A stretch of DNA of 64,000 bases, taken from contig NC_042999.1 in the NCBI RefSeq assembly GCF_006345805.1, positions 6,758,001-6,822,000 on the forward strand. The letters are read 5' to 3'. Under the pieces are notes generated by a model, which saw only the letters and a list, made by a program, of their open reading frames with translations, had not been told where the DNA came from and searched no databases. The stretch's first letter is position 1; every line of letters begins with the position of its first letter. The position numbers and the translations under genes were made by a program. Of this stretch, positions 60,870 through 64,000 are shown one piece after another. Origin of the DNA: Octopus sinensis. Lineage: Eukaryota.

Positions 60870-61579
60870 ATTGAGCAGTGTTGATCCAAAATGTCAGAAT
60901 GATGGATTAAAGGATAAAAATGCCTTCTGACTTCAATTCATGAAATAAATTCTGTTAGTCATACTTTTGAAGTGATACGGTAAGTTTATAACTTTGCTGC
61001 AGAGTAGGAAATGGTTAAAGAACAAATTCTATAATAGCAGCTTTCTCCTCTGTTACTTGATGTTAAATGCATTCCGTTGGGAGACTTGTATTTCCATTAG
61101 AAAGCATTAATGGTCACACACCTTGACCACTCTGTCCGTGTGGTTATATTTCAGAGTATGGACTATTAATCATTAACCAAAACCTTTTCTTGTGTATATT
61201 TAGACCATTTCTTATCTGTTAGTATTTCATTATTCTGGCCATAGCATCGACTGTATGGAAATCCCAACCCTGTCATACCGGCAGACGATGCAGTTAAATC
61301 ATTCTTCTCTTTTCCCCACATTCTGCATTTAATGGGGACTGCTCTTGGGGTTTCTGGTAGGAACGCTTTGATCCTGTGATACAATGGTAACTCCTTTAGT
61401 CTCAAATTTCAATGTTATCCTTCTAGGTCACTGCGGCGGTTATTATTTACATATTATTGCCTCCTGGGTCAACTTATTTCAGGTATCGGCCAAATCGGAT
61501 CCTTTTCTTGACCTGCTGACCAATATTTTGTATCTGAGTTCAGTCCTGTTCAACATGTCAGTTAAATATGTTAGTACTA

Positions 61580-61697
61580 GGCGCCGTTTCTGGATTCAGT
61601 CCTACTGCATGGCTCCATAGGCAAGTGTCTTCTACTATGGCGTTGGGCTGACCAAGGCCTTGTGAGTGGATTTGGTAGACGGAAATTGAAAGCACTT

Positions 61698-61786
<89 letters not shown>

Positions 61787-61813
61787 CATATATATATATA
61801 TGTATATGTGGTA

Positions 61814-61848
<35 letters not shown>

Positions 61849-62299
61849 ATGTATATATATATAGATATATGTGGTGTGTGTGTGTGTGTATAGGAGAAGA
61901 AAATGGATATAATAACAAGGAGAAGCTCGTGGTTTTCGCTGGTATATCTTTAATTAAATAGATAAAAATGAAGTAAGAAGCTTCTTCCTTCTTTGTTATC
62001 TATTTAATTAAAGACATACCAGCGAAAACCACGAAGCTCCCATTGTTATTATATCCATTTTCTTCTATATAACCTAAATTCCTGTTTACCAACCGAACCA
62101 CCTGCAACCGTACTGCTTTACAAAAGACTGTACCTTTCCAGCGAATAGCCAGGAGCGACTCTGGATTTAATTACCCCATAGAGATATGAGACCCCTCTAA
62201 ATTGATACCTACAGAATATATGTATGTATATATATATATATATATATTATATTATATATATATATATGATATATATATATATGATATATATATATATAT

Positions 62300-62332
<33 letters not shown>

Positions 62333-62590
62333 ATATATATATATAAGTATGTGTACTCATGCATACATGTGTATGTCTTTGTGTCTCTGTTTCCTACCAC
62401 CACTTGACATCCGATGTTGGTATGCTTATATCCTCTTAACTTAGCGGTTCGGTAAAAGACACCGGTAGAATAAGTACCAGACTTTAAAAAATAAGTGCTG
62501 GATGTGATGCATTCAACTAAAAATTCTTGAAAACTGTGCTCCAGTATGGCCGTAGTCTAATGGATGATACAAGTGTAAGATAAAAGATAA
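61580..62590 (+). mobile_element. SINE family B split by an insertion into its central microsatellite
   Basis: 5' half 61580-61700, 3' half about 62360-62590; a palindromic element (61890-62218) lies between TA tracts. Confidence 0.75.
61896..62065. repeat. Near-perfect spacerless palindrome (~85-bp arms)
   Basis: Centre AAGAAG|CTTCTT at 61980/61981. Confidence 0.9.
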
Positions 62591-62679
62591 AAAAAAGGAA
62601 GAAAATGTACGGAGAGAGAGGGTGTCTTCTTGGATAATAATTCTTCTAATGGAGATATATTTCCCTATTTTGTCTTCAT

Positions 62680-63106
62680 TTTACTCTTTTACTCTTTTAC
62701 TTGTTTCAGTCATTTGACTGCGGCCATGCTGGAGCACCGCCTTTAGTCGAGCAAATCGACCCCGGGACTTATTCTTTGTAAGCCCAGTACTTATTGTATC
62801 GGTGTCTTTTGCCGAACCGCTAAGTGACGGGGACGCTTGACAACCAGCATCGGTTGTCAAGCAATGCTAGGGGGACAAACACAGATACACAAACACATAC
62901 ACACACTCCTATATATATATATATACACATATATACATATATACGACAGGCTTCTTTCAGTTTCCGTCTACCAAATCCACTCACAAGGCATTGGTCGGCC
63001 CGGAGCTATAGCAGAAGACACTTGCCCAAGATGCCACGCAGTGGGACTGAACCCGGAACCATGTGGTTGGTTAGCAAGCTACTTACCACACAGCCACTCC
63101 TGCGCC
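62680..63106 (-). mobile_element. SINE family B
   Basis: Reverse-complement full match. Confidence 0.9.
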
Positions 63107-63777
63107 TATTTTAATATTGTTTACCGTTTATTCATTCCATATTTAACATATCTGCTTACTATGGGTGCTATTTTAGTTATGGTGAATATTTCCAGGAACC
63201 ACGTATGACGATATTTTTGAAAACCTTGGATTTACTGCGCTTTAGCCTTAGGCCTTTCTTTATCTTTCTAGAGTCTTCGTTGATTAATAATTAATCTTTA
63301 TACTGTTTTGAACCTTTTAACATCGCTTCTACTCCTCTGGTTACGAGCTGTTGCTTTCTAGATTCTTAATTACTTTCTGCGATATGATTGCAATTAAGCC
63401 TGGAATGCTGTAAGGCGACAGCTCAAGAATCTGTAATCGTTATGGCTTGCTGTGTTTTTCCAGTTTTTGTACTCTAAGATAGCTTTTGCCTGAGTCAGCT
63501 TTTTGCCTTCGGGGTCATTAAAATCACAGCATTTAAAACTTACCTGTGAAATGTTGCAACGAAATATAACACAGGGAGTAACTTTAATACGAACGTCTGA
63601 AATAGAACCGCTTGTTAGGTTTGTTATGTTCCTCTTTGACATAGAAGAAGAAAGTCTGAATTCCTTCCAATAAGAATTTCTTTCTAGATTGGTCGATTGT
63701 TTTGTACTTTTGTATCTTAATTCTCATCCATGACCTGAATTCATAGTAACAATGATGATGATGATGATGATAATGAT

Positions 63778-64000
63778 AAGACTAAAACAATACCTGTTGT
63801 CAAAGGTGCCCTTGGATTAATAGCGAAAGGGGCTCATTCCTACCTAGCTCAGATACCAAGAAACCCCAAAATGGTAGAGATTCAAAAGATAGTGCTCATG
63901 GGAACTGCTCATATCCTACGCAAAATACTTTCTATGTAATCTCAAATTTTAAAACAAACATTCTCTAGAACAATACTGTGTACAAAACCAAACTTATGAC
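63778..64000 (+). mobile_element. R4/Dong 3' end fragment following a (GAT)n tract
   Basis: KTKTIPVVKGALGLIAKG...EIQKIVLMGTAHILRKILSM*, paralogous to 16288-16523. Confidence 0.85.

Noticed and set aside
60990-61560. Possible LINE RT remnant (minus); similar faint traces at 3780-4150, 13070-13370, 35700-36170 and 63200-63740
   Set aside because: Too degenerate to assign a family or boundaries from sequence alone.
61921-61945. GAAGCTCGT resembling the miR-993 5' end; also looked for miR-10 (TACCCTGTAG)
   Set aside because: The match stops after 9 nt and lies in a TE palindrome; no miR-10-family hairpin was found by eye.

Overview
AT-rich, microsatellite-dense eukaryotic DNA. It is most likely an octopus (coleoid cephalopod) intergenic or intronic region; this is inferred from the tRNA-derived SINE families and the repeat landscape, not from a marker gene. 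No host protein-coding gene can be identified with confidence, and most listed ORFs are translations of microsatellites or SINEs. The window holds dozens of SINE copies in about 4 families, fragments of RTE/RTE-X, R4/Dong, CR1, Penelope and Gypsy retroelements, three non-autonomous Helitrons, a hAT MITE and a mariner remnant. The main signal outside the ORF track is a set of mostly sequence-unrelated short elements that nearly all end in (TA)n tracts and carry type I hammerhead ribozyme (HHR) folds with palindromic stem III, as known for Penelope-like elements and retrozymes. These include a 332-bp tandem pair, a G3-C8 compensatory core variant, a fold-back whose breakpoint sits at the predicted cleavage site, and a covarying non-canonical TGGCCA...C-GAAA motif next to long inverted repeats. 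All folds were read by eye and none is tested. Boundaries of degenerate repeats are approximate (about +/-10-20 bp).
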